Part shown: positions 40,130-53,918 of the stretch, piece by piece
How the letters are laid out: the number at the start of each line of letters is the position of its first letter
Position numbering within the stretch: the stretch's first letter is position 1
Assembly: GCA_964016885.1 (NCBI GenBank)
Contig: OZ024741.1
Coordinates: 112,282,001 to 112,346,000 of the forward strand
Direction of reading: 5' to 3'
Origin: Eledone cirrhosa
Taxonomy: Eukaryota
Length of the DNA: 64,000 nucleotides
Made by a program: the position numbers and the translations under genes
Notes under the pieces: model-generated
Databases searched by the model: none
Told to the model about the DNA's origin: nothing
What the model saw: the letters and a program-made list of their open reading frames with translations, nothing else

Positions 40130-40334
40130 AGTCAGAACCAGTTCCCGTATGAGCAAAACATGGTCAGCCGACCGGCTACTGCACACAACAAGACAACCCG
40201 TCTAACCCATGTTAGCATGGAAGAACGGACGTAAAATGGTGATGATGATGATATATATATGTGTGTGGATGTGTATATATAAATGATAATAATAATATAG
40301 ACGAGGTGTTAAATTTTCATTACATATATTGAGG

Positions 40335-40435
40335 TCTGACACACATTTTGCAATTGATCAGCTCAAGGTTCGATCTATATCGATTGAGCCCAACTCTGGA
40401 ATCAAAAGCTCATTGGACTTCTGTTATTGTAATGA
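40335..40435 (-). mobile_element. Long-stem-II hammerhead element (copy D, CpG-decayed)
   Basis: Minus strand GU-CCAAUGA-GCUUUUGAUUCCAGAG...GAUCAAUUGC-AAAA-UGUGUG-UC. Confidence 0.6.
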
Positions 40436-40449
40436 CAATGATTTCCTTA

Positions 40450-40960
40450 TAGCATTGAGAAAATATACATCAATTCTCATTCATTTATGGTGGTCAATTT
40501 CACTTCATTTTGATTGGTGGTTTTGTGAGTATGTGGGATGTCAAAAGTAGGGTGTGATTTTTAGTATTTAGTAGTTATGCTCTTATGTAGAAGGTTGCTA
40601 AGTTTAGTGATAACTAATTTATATAGGTTGTTAGTATAAATGTTTTGTTGGAAGAACTAAAAGATTAGAGGTCTTTGTTTAATTTACATTGAAACTTGTT
40701 GGAGTATTTACAGAAGGAATATTGGGCCCTAAGCCTAGGATGTCTGTTTTGAAAGGAGAGAGGGTGTTAACTCTTGGGTATTAGTTCCTGGATCCTACAT
40801 TGTATCTATCAGCTGTTCCTGTGAGTTTTCTGTCAAAGGCCAGTGCTTTCATTGCTTAAATATTTCACCATGCCTTCCACATTCTGCAGAAGGACTTTTG
40901 AGTAGTATTGTTTGGAAGGAGCAGGAAAGTACTTTGAAGGGTAGTTTATTTCCAGAAGGT
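40450..40960 (-). pseudogene. Penelope-like (Naiad-type) ORF N-terminal relic
   Basis: INYPSKYFPAPSKQYYSKVLLQNVEGMVKYL followed by a frameshifted (R)WKA. Resembles the KNIPxPS..RMRWKA N-terminus recalled for this clade. Confidence 0.45.
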
Positions 40961-43327
40961 CCATATTAGTTAGGTAAGTTATTTGGATATAATAATTTAC
41001 CTGCCATCTTATCTGCCAGCACGATAATGTATCTTTTACAGAAGCCACTAAAATACTGTTTTAACCCAGGCTTATTATGAATAGACATTCCACCATCCAC
41101 CCTATCTGACTTATCTTACCTTCAACCAGGTTACCAACTCTTTCTTTTCAGCCACCAAATGCATCTCTAGCAATACCACTTTTAATGCCCAACTTATAAA
41201 TAAGTTCATAGATCAATTCCACCTCTCAAACCTCATAACATGATTGCTCTTCTAACCCATGCAATCATGGAAAATATATGATAAGCAGTGTTGGTGATGT
41301 GTATTTATATATATATGTACCTCTCTATATGTACCTCTATCTATATATACCTCTATATACACCTATATACCTGTATACATACATACATACCTATATATAG
41401 ACATATATTACAATACATATTTTTAGATAACAATACCTTATATAGGTTGCTTCATGTTTATAGTCATCACGTATCATTATATTTTGTCTTCCTAATGTCT
41501 ACATTTCTATACTATAAAAGTATACATTTCACACCTCTGAGAATTAATGTTCTACTTTTTTTTCTTTTTCAACTATATTGTATATTCTGTATTCTATTTT
41601 TATATCATAATCAAGATTATATGTGAGTGTTGGCAATGAGATGGGGGCATAGGGAAATATATATTGATGATGATGATTATGTTGATGACGATAAATGTGA
41701 TGAAGATGATCATAGTTGTGCTAGAGTATTACATAACTGAGAGTTGTTCACTAAATCAATACATGTTGTATAGTAATCTCAATACATACACAGTCACACA
41801 ATATACTTGGAAAGTTGCTTTTATTGTATGAATCCTTTAATTCACAATATGTATCATGTTATACAATAATTTGTTGGTCTTCAGTTACATTGTATATTTA
41901 TTTGTGCTGTAAACTTACTCTCCAAAGGAGAAATTAATGTCAATACTTGAAAACATCGCCTTTTTTATTCTTCTTATCAATTGAGAAACCTTACATTATT
42001 TTGTTTCCCTTAAGAATTCAGAGTGTAGATAAGCTGGCTCCATTTTTAAGAGCTTAGAAAGCACACTACATTGGCTGCATTAAAGTTTCTAACTTTTGGC
42101 CTTACTGTTTTACTTGTTTCAGCCATTTAATTGCTGAGGTATCACATTGAAGGGATTTAGTGAATCATATTGAACATTGTAATTAATTTTTCAAGTCTGG
42201 TACATAATTTATTTATCTCATTTTGTCAGACCCTAAGTTAAAAGACACCAACAAACTAAATGTAAACACATATATATATATACATATGCATACAGTAAAC
42301 CTTTAAAAAGGCTTGCCGAACACAAGCCAAAACTGCTTGGCTTGTGTTCGGCATTGTGGGCAGGCTTATACCCACTCTGCATGTTCCCATGCATTGAGAA
42401 CTCCCATGACTTGTAGTCTGCCTTGTCTCTGGATCGCTATATATATATATATCTTAGCTCCTTTGGTAGAGCATTAATTCCAACCCTAATCCACCCAGTA
42501 TATCCTTGAAAATGCTTGCTGAACCTAAACTGAAACTGCTTGGCATTGCAGTTGGGTTTATACCCCCCTCTCTCTCTCTAAATAATAATAACAATGCAAA
42601 AATCTATGAACGCTGGATAAACTCAACCCCACTGATATTACTGAGGAAAGTAGAGCTAAAACCGATCAATGATGAGTCAAAACCACAAAAACAACTATGA
42701 CAAAAACTATCACTTGAAAAAGTATGAAACGAAATTGAATAAATAAAATTACAAGCAAACTAAAATGAATGCAAATAGAATGACATTGATAAACAAATGG
42801 AAATCGAAATCTCAAAAAATAGATGGAGAACAGTTGGACCACATTCATAAACAATGGAAGCAGGAATGTGAGAACGAAGAACTAATCTCATTACAAAGAT
42901 GGGAGAAGAACGAAAACTGGTTCTCACTATGAAGAACAATTTATAATAGAATACAACACAGTTGAATTCGGTAAAAGTAAACAAAGATATATAAATAATC
43001 ATCAAATTACTTGGCACATTAATATAGAAACCTTCTAAATAACCAAAAGGTCAGTCATTGCATTCTTCAAACACTATTTTCCCTAGAACACTGATTTATT
43101 AGAGTGCTCATCTGTGAAGGTTATACTGTAGCATTACAAAGATAATCTGGTTTAAGCAGTTAAAAATCACTCCAATCATACATATCCAGCATTATGGTGG
43201 TGATTAAATGCGATGGAGTTTCCATTTATGAAATAAGGTTAAGACAGATATGTTTACATAATTGTATTTATTGAATTATACATATTTCAATGAAATATGT
43301 ATGATGAAATAACACCTGTCTTAATTT

Positions 43328-43364
<37 letters not shown>

Positions 43365-44965
43365 CTAGGGTATATTTGTCTGCATAACTTTTTCATAATC
43401 CATAAAAGTAGTTGAAAATTAAACTTTGTGTATGGAAATCCGATGAGCAGTTGATTGTGGTAATGTGGAGCACATAATAATAATAAGGCAAAGATAGCAA
43501 AGATGAAAATTAAGTCATCTTATTCTCCTAACACATGTAGAAACATGTTAGCGGAATAGAATAACTTAATTTTTGGTTTACTCAATCAAGACTAACTTGG
43601 TTAGTCTTGATTGAGTAAGCCTAAGCTAAAAAGTCATCAACATAACCATCTCCTTATTAGGATTGCATTATCCAGTGTGTCCTTTATCTAAATGCTTCAG
43701 TATTTAGATACAAATGTCTCTACATCTACACTCATCCTGATTTTTCTATAGTTTATCATGTTAAATAAACTTCATCCTGTATTTGGTTTTCCCTTCTTTC
43801 TCATAATTTTTGTCTAAATGTCCAAAGTAATAACATTTTTAACATTGTGTCTTCCTCCTTTATCACTTATAATGGAAAACATTAAATTAATAAAAAGAGA
43901 AGCAGCTGTTTTATAGTCGTGTATGATCATGGTTTCATTTTATATTCTTCTTGGGCTGCAAGAATAAAATTTTCCTACCTGTCTCCCCAAAAGTTTGCTG
44001 AATTTCTGTAATGGAATTCTAACTGTAAAATGTACCAACGTATTCTGTATTATCATCATACACTGCTTTGTTATAATCTGTATTTGTGTTGTAATATAAA
44101 ATGAAATTATAGTTAGTGAATTGTAGGAAGAAAAATGTTAGATATATTGGTAAATACCTATAATAATGTATGAAAAAGATATAATGAAATGTATTAATTT
44201 TGCAGTACAATACATATGAATAATGTATATATCCCCTCCTCCCTAGGTCGTATGTACAGGTCTTGATGTTATGCACATGTCAACTTATGGCCAGTTTAGT
44301 TTTAAGTTGTGGAGTACCTCTATTGTCATAGATTTAGATTTTAGTTGTTAACTATAGTTTTACCATTTTCCAATTTTTTATTTTGTCATTGGTCTTTTTG
44401 TCAGCAATTAATTGACTTGTCTCTTGTTCAGAACAATGAAGTGTAAAAATAAAATCTCTATAAAATTAAAACAACATATATTTTTACATTAGTTTTTATT
44501 TTCTCTTGATAGAAAAGAATGTGTAAAAAAATACAATATTTAGCTTTCATCTGTCTACCTGATTATCTGTCTTACTTATCAATTGAGCTTACCCCTTCAC
44601 TGTGTGTGTCTGCTGGCTGTCTTATTTGATGCTTATCTTGTGGTCATCCAGCTAAAACACTACTATAATTATATTGGCTACAAGAAAGACACCATTAAAT
44701 TCTTGTCTTTCTCTCAATGTCTTTATAATGGAAGAAATAAACAATAATAAAGAATTTCATAGAGATTTCAAATTCTAAAATAAATACCTCAACTTCTCTC
44801 TCCCATGACAAAAGTAAAAAGTCTTTTCATTTCTCTGCTGACTCTATGACAGATGTCAAGTTCACACAAAAAGATTAGACTTTGAATCTAGTTGATATAT
44901 TTTGTATAACAACCTTTTTTTTCCCCCCTACACCAACATGCAATTGTTCACTTAACATTATTTAA

Positions 44966-45662
44966 CCCTTTCATTGCCATATTCGTAAAACAAATAAACT
45001 GTATTTGTTAAGGCGTATGGCTTAGTGGTTAGAGGGTTAGATTTACAATCCAAAGATTGTGAGTTCAATTCCTGGACATGTTGATGTTTTGTGCCTTGAG
45101 CAAGACACTTTATTTCATGTTGCTCGAGTTCACTCAGCTGTAGAATTGAATTGCAGTATCACTGGTACGAAGCTGTATCAGCCTTTGCCTTTCATTTGGA
45201 CATCATTTGCATGGAGAGAGGAGACTGATATACATGGGTGACTGCTTGTTTTCCACAAAAACACCTTTCCTGATTTTATGTCATAAAGGGAAATTTTTAT
45301 ATGCAAAACTAATTGTCATTCAGAGTATTTTGACACTGTATTTGAATTAATGGAACATTTTGAGGGGTTGAATATATTTACTTGCTTAAGCATGAGTAGG
45401 TTGAAAAACAGAATGTAAACTCTCCTCATATTTCCCTACTTTAGAAAGTGGGAAAATAATTAGAAATCTTTCAATTCAGTTTTTTATTGTGTTAGCATAC
45501 TTTATTATTTCATTATTAAGATGGTAGTTGTAATATAATTTAACAAAAGGTCCTCAAGTAAAATTATGTTGGAATATTTTAATGTAAATAGGAACCCTTT
45601 AAAATGGGTTGTTTTGTTTCATAGAAGCAAAATTGGTTTTGGGCAGTTTTGTATTAAAAGAG
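44966..45662. mobile_element. Decayed piggyBac-type MITE with nested SINE (45010-45300)
   Basis: TTAA|CCCTTTC ... AAAAGAG|TTAA. Related relics at about 45838-46025 and 52200-52370. Confidence 0.55.
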
Positions 45663-48458
45663 TTAATACTTCAATTCAGTTTTTGGGGGCAATGTGTTGC
45701 TAGTGGCTTTAAAAAAGCCACATAAATTTAATACTTTTAAATGTCATTTTATTGTGCATAGCACTTAATTGACATTACGTTTTGAAACAGCTACTTGATC
45801 AATGTTAATGTTTTGTGTTGTGGTGTCTAACATTAATTTAATCCTTTCTTTACTACATTTCTAGTGAAATATACTGCTTATAATTTTCAAATAATTATTA
45901 AAATACTCAAGAATTTGAAAGGATTTAGAAAATTTAACTAACTTTCTCATTAGTAAGCTAGTGTTTGGAGCATAATTTAACAATTGTTCTTATATAAGCT
46001 TATGGTGGAAGATTTTTAGATAAACAAAATTGCACAGAGTAGATGTAGGCTCTATTAGCCATAGCACAGGCAACTCAACTAAGAGAACATTCACTCCAAA
46101 TCTATAAGACTGCATAGGATAGACATAGTAAAGGATAGGATAGACTCTGTAAGCCATAGTAAAAGACAAACCAACTAGGCGAGCAGATACTTGGAATAAA
46201 AACTGATACAGGATGGTGAGGACTCTTACATCCTAACAGACAACCTCTCTAGTGCTGTTGGAATGAAGAGTGCACCCAGTTTGTGCTGTAAAGTGGTTAG
46301 TGATAGGAAGAACATCCAGCCAGAAAACCCCAGCCAAATTATCAAATCATCATCATCACCATCATCAGTCCCACCCATGCAAGCATGGAAAAGTGAATGT
46401 GAAATGATGGTAAACACTTTCAAATGAACAGCACTAAGTAGCTTGGTATCAAGAGGGTAAACTCAAATATATTAGTTGTTTACTGTAATTGTAGTTGAAA
46501 ATATGATGGACAAAATAAGGGAGTTTGAGAAGCAAGGTGAGGAATGTAGATAAATGGCAAATGCCAATGAAAGATTACTGAACAGCATGTAGAATCAATG
46601 TGTAACTTTAAAGTCTTATGCTGCAAAAGTGATGATGGGGGAAGATAAAAATGAGGGCAATTGATAGCAGTAGCAAGTCAATAATTAATTAATGGAAGTG
46701 AAGAGAATATGTATATGTGTATCAGGTGGGTAGCTGTTGTTTAATCTCAGATCAGCTCTGACTGAGTAGATCTATGATCAAGAGGATTGCATCTGTGACC
46801 ATCTAGACTTTTATTCCTGTCGTATATATATAGGCTGAAAGGGTATGGCTTAATGGTTAGTGTTTGACTCACAATCGTAAGGTCATGAATTTGATTCCCA
46901 ATGATACATTGTGTCCTTTTGCAAGACACTTTTTCATGTCACTCCAGTTCACTGAGCTGGCAAAAATGAGTTGTGATTGAAAAGGTAAGTCTTTTCACAA
47001 TCTTTCCTCACTGAATCTCCTGAGAAATACATTAAGGGAGCTTGTATCTGTAACATCCTCAGCTACTTGTATGTAAATTTCATGAGAGGTCTGTTAATCA
47101 AACAGCTGGTATGCTTATTGTTGGAACCAGCAATCTAATAGCAGCAGCATTATTTCTTGAGCAATGCTATCTAATGGTTGCCTCTCTTTGACAGCTGGAA
47201 GGACATAATTTTTTGGGAAATTTGACTGCTCACTTTCACAGGTTGAATGAACAAGTAAGAGTTGTGGCTTGTCAAGTATGAAGTTGAAAATGAATAATTG
47301 GTGACAGTGTACAGAATGGCAAGGGAGATTGTGTCAGTGGAAGTTTTAAGCAAGGCAGCATGGTTGATATTTCAGAGGAAGCAGATGGCAACACTACTGG
47401 GAGATGAAAAATGAGGTGGGAGAGAGCTGCTGCAAAAAAAGCTAGTGGGGAAGGTTTTGGCAGTGGAATCTCAGTTGTAGATGGAAAGCAAGGTGCTGTG
47501 TATTTTATTCTTTTCAGTATTTTCCATATGGTAAGTTTCTGATAGCAAATCTTTTCTTTCTCTTGTGTTTCCTATTCAAGGTTTGTTCACAGATTAAAGA
47601 TTTTGTAATATAGGCAACAGATATGGCATAATGGTACCAGGAAATTTTGAGGCTCTGAAAAGGAGAGAGAGATGTGGTGATAATGATAGAAGATAAAAAA
47701 AAAAAAGCAAAACAAGGTATTGAGTCTTAACATGGATCAATATAAGAATATACATAAAATGTAATTCAGCAACACAAAGATATACATGTTTATGTATATT
47801 TTATTTTATATATATATATATATATATATGATGATTTCACACATCGCTTATATACATGTATGTTCTGTTCCACTCTCTCTCTCTCTATGTATAGTTACAT
47901 TAATGTACATGTAAATATCTGTATGCCATCATCATCATCACCATTTTCCAAGCTTGCACATGGAAGAAATATTACTAGTTAAGACTAGTATGGCTTTATT
48001 CAACTTAATACTCTAAATTTATTATAAGTTGGGGAACCTGGTGGTCAAGCTTAATTTCCCACCTGGCCATTAAAATAGTTTAATCTTCACTGTTGGGTTG
48101 CCCGTCTTATATATACACACACACACACACACATATGTGTGTGTTTTTTTGTATGAGTGTGTGTATGTATATATATATATCTATATATATACACACACAC
48201 ACACGCACATTCATACCCCCCCCCCGCCACATATATATATTTAGGGATTGTAGGTTCACCAGACTGTAGGTTTACCAGACTGACCACTTGATGCATAGAT
48301 TCTAGTAGGTATATTGTTGTCTAAGCAGAGTGTAACACTAATAAAATAAAAAGGACGTATTGTTAGATCTTCATTACAATAAACAAGATCTACAATAATG
48401 ATCTAACACTTCATCCTATTTATTTTATTAGTATCTATCTATCTATATATATATACTA

Positions 48459-50205
48459 CCTATCGGAGCCGTTCGCAATCATGCGTTCCATTCGACAGGG
48501 TTGCCCTCTCTCCTCCATTCTGTATGCATTGACACTAGAGCCACTACTGCGGAAGTTGGAGCTTTTGCAGTGCATCCCTTTAGAATCGGGACTGCGAAAA
48601 GCGGTGTTGGCCTATGCTGACGACATGACGGTAATGGTGTCGAAAACCTCAGAAATCGAGGTAATCGGCAACCTACTACAGGATTACGAAAGGTTCACAG
48701 GAGCAAAACTGAACCCAGACAAGTCTGTCGGTTTGCAACTCGGAACGTGGAGAAGCAAACCGATGCCGTCCGACAGCGTCGTCGGATGCTGGACGGAAGG
48801 ACCGGTGAAATTGCTCGGGGTCTGGTTCGGTCCAAACCTCCAGGTGGAGTAAAACTGGAACGAGGTCATGACCAAGGTATTTGCACTCACTCAGAAGTGG
48901 GCAGAGTGCAAACTGTCTTTGAAAGGTCGAGCAGAGGTGGCGAACACTTTCATAGCGTCCGTCATCTAATACCGCTTGACTGTGGTGCCTTGTCCCCATG
49001 AATACCTCACCAAGATGGAATGCATGCTCTTCCAGTTCCTGTGGAAGAAGCAGGCTCCACTGGTGAGGAGATCCGTCTGCTGTCAACACCCTTCCAATGG
49101 AGGGCTGGGCATACCGTGGCTAATAATGCACAAACATGCGCTGAGGCTACAATATTTTCAGGTATTCCTCACCGACCAACCGGTGTGGGCACCGTTTGTG
49201 AGACAGGCCTTCCCACAACTTGTCTCGCTGACGGAGCTGCAGTCCTGGGTCAAGCGAAGACCGAAGAAGATGGGCGCCTGGCACATTGAATGCACCCAGG
49301 CACTCACAGTCCTCTGTCAAGCGGGCACAGCAATCAGTGGAGACTCCACTTCGACATTCTATAGAGGGTTAGTACTTTACAAGTGCGACGACATGCTTGG
49401 GGAGACTCTAGGTGTCGAAGATGACGAGCTCACCAGTCTGTTCGGTAGGACTTTCCACCCGGGACCTATGGACAACTTCCAGACGTCCCTGGCAGTGCTA
49501 CCGAGGAGCTCTACCCATTCGAGATAAGATCTACAGGCACAGACGCCCCGGCAGGGATCCTTCCAAGAGGACGTGTCCAAGATGCGAGCAGGACATTGAT
49601 ACCATCTTGCACGCAATTGTACACTGCCTGGGTGTAAGCGCCCTGTGGAACTATGCAGAACAACTGCTGTCGCATATGGGACAAATCCAGTTGACTGCCA
49701 AGTCCATAGTAAGGATCAAACCACCAGCCTCTTTCAAAAATGAAAGAGAGGAGGTTTTCCTCTGTACAGTGGCTATGGTGAAAGAGGTTATATGGTGGAC
49801 GAGGACAGATGCCTTTCTCTCCGGACAATTGATTCCCTTCTTTAAGTATCACTTTAGAAGAAGAATCAGAGTGGAGAGAGAGGCACAGTACCCCAGTACA
49901 TTTACTGAAAGGTGGGTGAATGAAGCGAAAATGGTCCGAGTGATTGGGCCTTCTCTGTTTATAAGCTTGTAGGTTAAAGAAGACAGCAAAAGGAAGAAGG
50001 GAGCACTTGCACAACACACTCCTGAAGTTGAGGGTTGTTCTATCGACGGGGTATTAAACAACCCATTTGTGGCGTCTCCCCCCTATTGGGGATTTCGATT
50101 GTTATAATTGTTTGTTTTATATTTTTTTTACATGACTATGTAAAATCCCCGGCATGTGTCTTTGTATTGTCCCCTTTTCTTGTGCGCCCTTGTGGCAAAT
50201 AAAGA
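48459..50205 (+). mobile_element. Tx1/L1-clade LINE 3' portion
   Basis: RQGCPLSSILYALTLEPL, AYADDMTV, GGLGIP, CPRC..ILHAIVHC, then AATAAA and (TCTA)n. Confidence 0.9.
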
Positions 50206-50324
50206 AATCTATCTATCTATCTATCTATCTATCTATAGAATTCGATATCTTTATTGAGAAAAGGAGGACGTGTGAAGTGTAAACACTTGCATACTATAAC
50301 TTCGTATGCAGAAAAACATAAAAG

Positions 50325-50377
50325 ATTATTCTTATAACTGCATTTTAGACATTATTGTGTCCTCATCAGAGAATAAT
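50325..50377 (-). ncRNA. Hammerhead relic (G12A)
   Basis: AUUAUUCU-CUGAUGA-GGACA-caauaa-UGUCU-AAAA-UGCAGUUA-UA|AGAAUAAU. 8-bp stem I. Confidence 0.65.
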
Positions 50378-50605
50378 GATTCCCATGATTCTGTGTACAG
50401 AGGGCCACTGATATAATAATGCTTTATATGTCATAGAGAAAATACTTGAAATGATCAGTCTAATTTGCATGGAATGCATATATTTGGTAATGCTGTTTTA
50501 TGAGTTGTTGATCATTTGGGGTAATTTTTACGTGGGTATTTCTGCTTCTTTTGTTGTGGGAGTCTAAATTATATAAACACATAGCCTTTACTTGCACATG
50601 CATGT

Positions 50606-50975
50606 CATCATCATCATCATCACCGTTTTACGTCCGTTCTTCCACGCTAGCATGGGTTAGACGGGTTGTCCTGTTGTGGGCAGTGTCTGGTCGGCTGACC
50701 ATGCCTTGCTCATACAGGAACTGATCTGGCTTGATTTCTACAGCTGGATGCCCTTCCTAACACCAACCTCATTTACAGTGAGTGCTGGGTGCTTTTTCGT
50801 GGCGCCTACACGTCCACTTTACAGTGTGGGCTGGGTGCTTTTTTGCCGTGGCACCTCCACGACCACCTTGCGGTGGGGGGAGTGGGGGCATATTGTTTAT
50901 ATGCTTCAGCATGTACCCATGGGAGGTCGGGTACCCTGTATTACTGCGTGACGCCAGAAGTCACGGTCGTGTGTC
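50606..50975 (-). mobile_element. RTE family A 3' fragment
   Basis: Reverse complement of about 39668-40035. The 91-aa antisense ORFs in the track are identical. Confidence 0.9.
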
Positions 50976-52384
50976 AGAGATATTTAACTCTTAACGTCTT
51001 GTACCATATGAAACTGCATTAGCTAGGCATTCTTGAAATATATAAAACAGAACAATGACTACACATTAAAAAATAAATTCTTTACAGCAAATTTTCACTA
51101 CTAATCATACTATAAACATTTAAATTAACAAACCCAGTTTTAGGTACTTTCTACAAAATCATTACAGTATGTGGAAGAACAACAATTTACTAGTATTTCA
51201 GAATCGTTATCCCTCATCAATAACATTTACTCACTTAGTACTGAAGTTAATAAGCTAATGATAAGGATCCTGAAATACATATATATGGCATTCTCACATG
51301 GTTACTTACACAGCAAGAATTATGTATGCTTGTTATACATAAATATATTCTATACTCTTTCATATATACCCCTATTCTGAATTACGCTGTCTTAGTGCTA
51401 CTGTTTATCAATACTAGCCTATTAAGCCCACATATGCAAATGAGCATCCCCCAAATTGTATTTTTTTGCAATATTTATATATAAACTATTAACTTATTTA
51501 CCTTAGTGCTGAGTAAATTCCACTGATGATTGATAAAGACCCTGAAATACTCACACTGTACATTCTCACATGGTTACTGAAGTAACTGCAACTTGATCAT
51601 GACTTAAAATACCCACAGCGAGACTCATGCATGTTTATTATATATAAATATATTGTACATGCTTCCATATACAATATATTTATATATAATAAACATACAT
51701 AAGTCTTGCTGTGGGTATTTTAAGTCGTGATCATATACTCTTCTAATCATCTCTGCTATTCATGTGGTAATTTTTTTTTTAGAATATTTTAAAGAATTTT
51801 CTCATGATTGATTCTTAAATTATGGATAATATAAAAAATGTTTAGCAGGTGTATCCAGTTCAACAAACGGTTCGAAGGCATTGTAGAAAGTGTTCACCAT
51901 TAATGATAATGTAAATGCTAGCTAAAGGGAAACAGAAATACTGTTAGGGAATGAGGGAGGAATAAAAGAGAATTAGAATAGAGAATGAACTGTGAAGCTA
52001 GAAGCAACTGCTGATAGTTGATTGATCACCTGTGATGTTAGTGACATGATGACAACAATCTTATTATAGATGGTCTCAAGCTGATCATGGCTGTGTTTAA
52101 TATCTCCATGCTAGCAGAATGTATGTGTCACTGGGGAAACACAAATAAATTGATGTTGAACCAAGATGAAATACATAAAGCCAACTGAGTGGATTTTGTT
52201 TTGATCCTTTCATTACAATATTTCTAATGACTTATATAAAACCATGACTTTCAACTAATAGTGAAAATAATTAAGAGTTTGGGGAGATTTAGTAATGTAA
52301 CTAATTTTGTTATTATTAAGCTGGTGGTTTGTAACAACAAATATTCTTGCATAAAATCCTTATGGAATTTACATATATATATAT

Positions 52385-52945
52385 AAGTTATCCCAGGTTC
52401 AATCGAGGGTAACCACAATAAGTAAGGTACTCAATACAGTGCAGAGTATAAATGTTTAATATAGAAAAGCTTCTACAGGACTAGAACTGTTTCATTCATG
52501 AGAAATCATCAGGAAGCTGACTTTCCAAGTAAATATGGTGGTATTTATATCTTTTCTGATGGTAGGAGAGGGTCGGGATTGGGATGGATGGAGGTCATTG
52601 GTTGATGGATTTAAAGAAAAGGGAGTTCTTTAAAAACTAATTCTTTAAAGCTATAATTTATATTTAGAGTGACAAAGGCAGACAGAATTCTATAAACAAG
52701 TTCAAATTGTTGTCCCACTCCTAATTTTTATGTTTCTCTTAAGCTAACAATGCCTATACTTCAGGTGTCTACAAGATGGGTGGAGGTCATTGGTTGATGG
52801 GTTTAAAGAAAGGGGAATTCTTTAAAAGCTAATTCTTTAAAGATGTATTTAGAGTGACAAAGGCAGAAAGAATTCTATAAACAGGTTCAAATTTGGTGTG
52901 CTTCTCCTTATTGTTAAGTTACTCTTAAGCTATTCAGGTATATAC
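52385..52945 (-). mobile_element. Hammerhead-bearing element with tandem ~190-bp units
   Basis: Units at about 52583-52775 and 52775-52945. Inverted copy at 56878-57345. TA-flanked. Confidence 0.75.
52468..52518 (-). ncRNA. Type I hammerhead ribozyme
   Basis: AGCUUC-CUGAUGA-U-UUC-ucau-GAA-U-GAAA-CAG-uucuaguc-CUG-UA|GAAGCU. Confidence 0.8.
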
Positions 52946-53318
52946 AAGCACATTCACACACACACACATACACACATATATATACAGTGTTCGGCTACCA
53001 TCATTGCCCTTTTGTTCAACACTGACAAAGGAACGATGAACTAGTTTCTAACTTATTAGCTTAACACTGTACGGCTTAATTCGGGCTGTTTGTTTACAAA
53101 CAAACCAAGCATTATAATAAATGTTCGGTAAACCCATACGTACATATATGTATATGTGCATGTATGTATGTATATACATACTACTGTACGTCTGTATACA
53201 TATATGTATGTGCGTATACATACTTATATTTATATATATATACATATATATATATATATAAAACCGATACAATTCTGTCCTTCGACCAGCCACCAAATTT
53301 ATAAACTTTATGTGGTGG

Positions 53319-53362
<44 letters not shown>

Positions 53363-53580
53363 CGTATCCCAACGATTTTTTTTAGCCGTTGCTCGCACCA
53401 ACCGGAGGTATATGGTCTTTAAAGTGAAGAAATACCTGTGATGGTTGGAAGATCACTGACGAAGGACCACTTTATTCATATGTAACCCATTTGCAACCAT
53501 GCAGCACGTTTATTCTCATATGTAGATATATATATATATGTATATATGTATGTATGTGTGTATATGTGTATGCATGTATG

Positions 53581-53615
<35 letters not shown>

Positions 53616-53648
53616 GCATGTATGTGTGTATATGTGTATGCATGTATG

Positions 53649-53687
<39 letters not shown>

Positions 53688-53741
53688 GCATGTATGTGTG
53701 TATATGTGTATGCATGTATGTATATATATATATATATTGAA

Positions 53742-53918
53742 AGGATAACAAGGACGATTGGTTACTCCTTCATTACATTTATTGGTAGGTGACGCGCGTT
53801 TCACCACTGATCAGCTCAAGGTTCGATCTGTATCGATCTTACCCGACTCTATAATCGGCAGCTCGACGGACCCTTTAAAATGCTGTGAACCTGCAGTAAC
53901 TCCAAGTTACACTCCCTA
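53742..53918 (-). mobile_element. Long-stem-II hammerhead element (copy C)
   Basis: GGU-CCGUCGA-(60 nt)-GAAA-CGCGCG-UC|ACC at 53788-53872, followed by AAUAAA. Confidence 0.75.

Noticed and set aside
42700-43020. Possible highly decayed RTE C-terminal fragment
   Set aside because: Only weak RWR..HI-like residues. Too degraded to call.
51523-51562. CTGATGA..GAAA
   Set aside because: Stem II does not pair and U16.1 is missing.
53414-53468. Possible type II hammerhead (GGTCTT..CTGACGAAGGACC)
   Set aside because: Needs UAAA for GAAA and a G at the cleavage position. Too many core defects.
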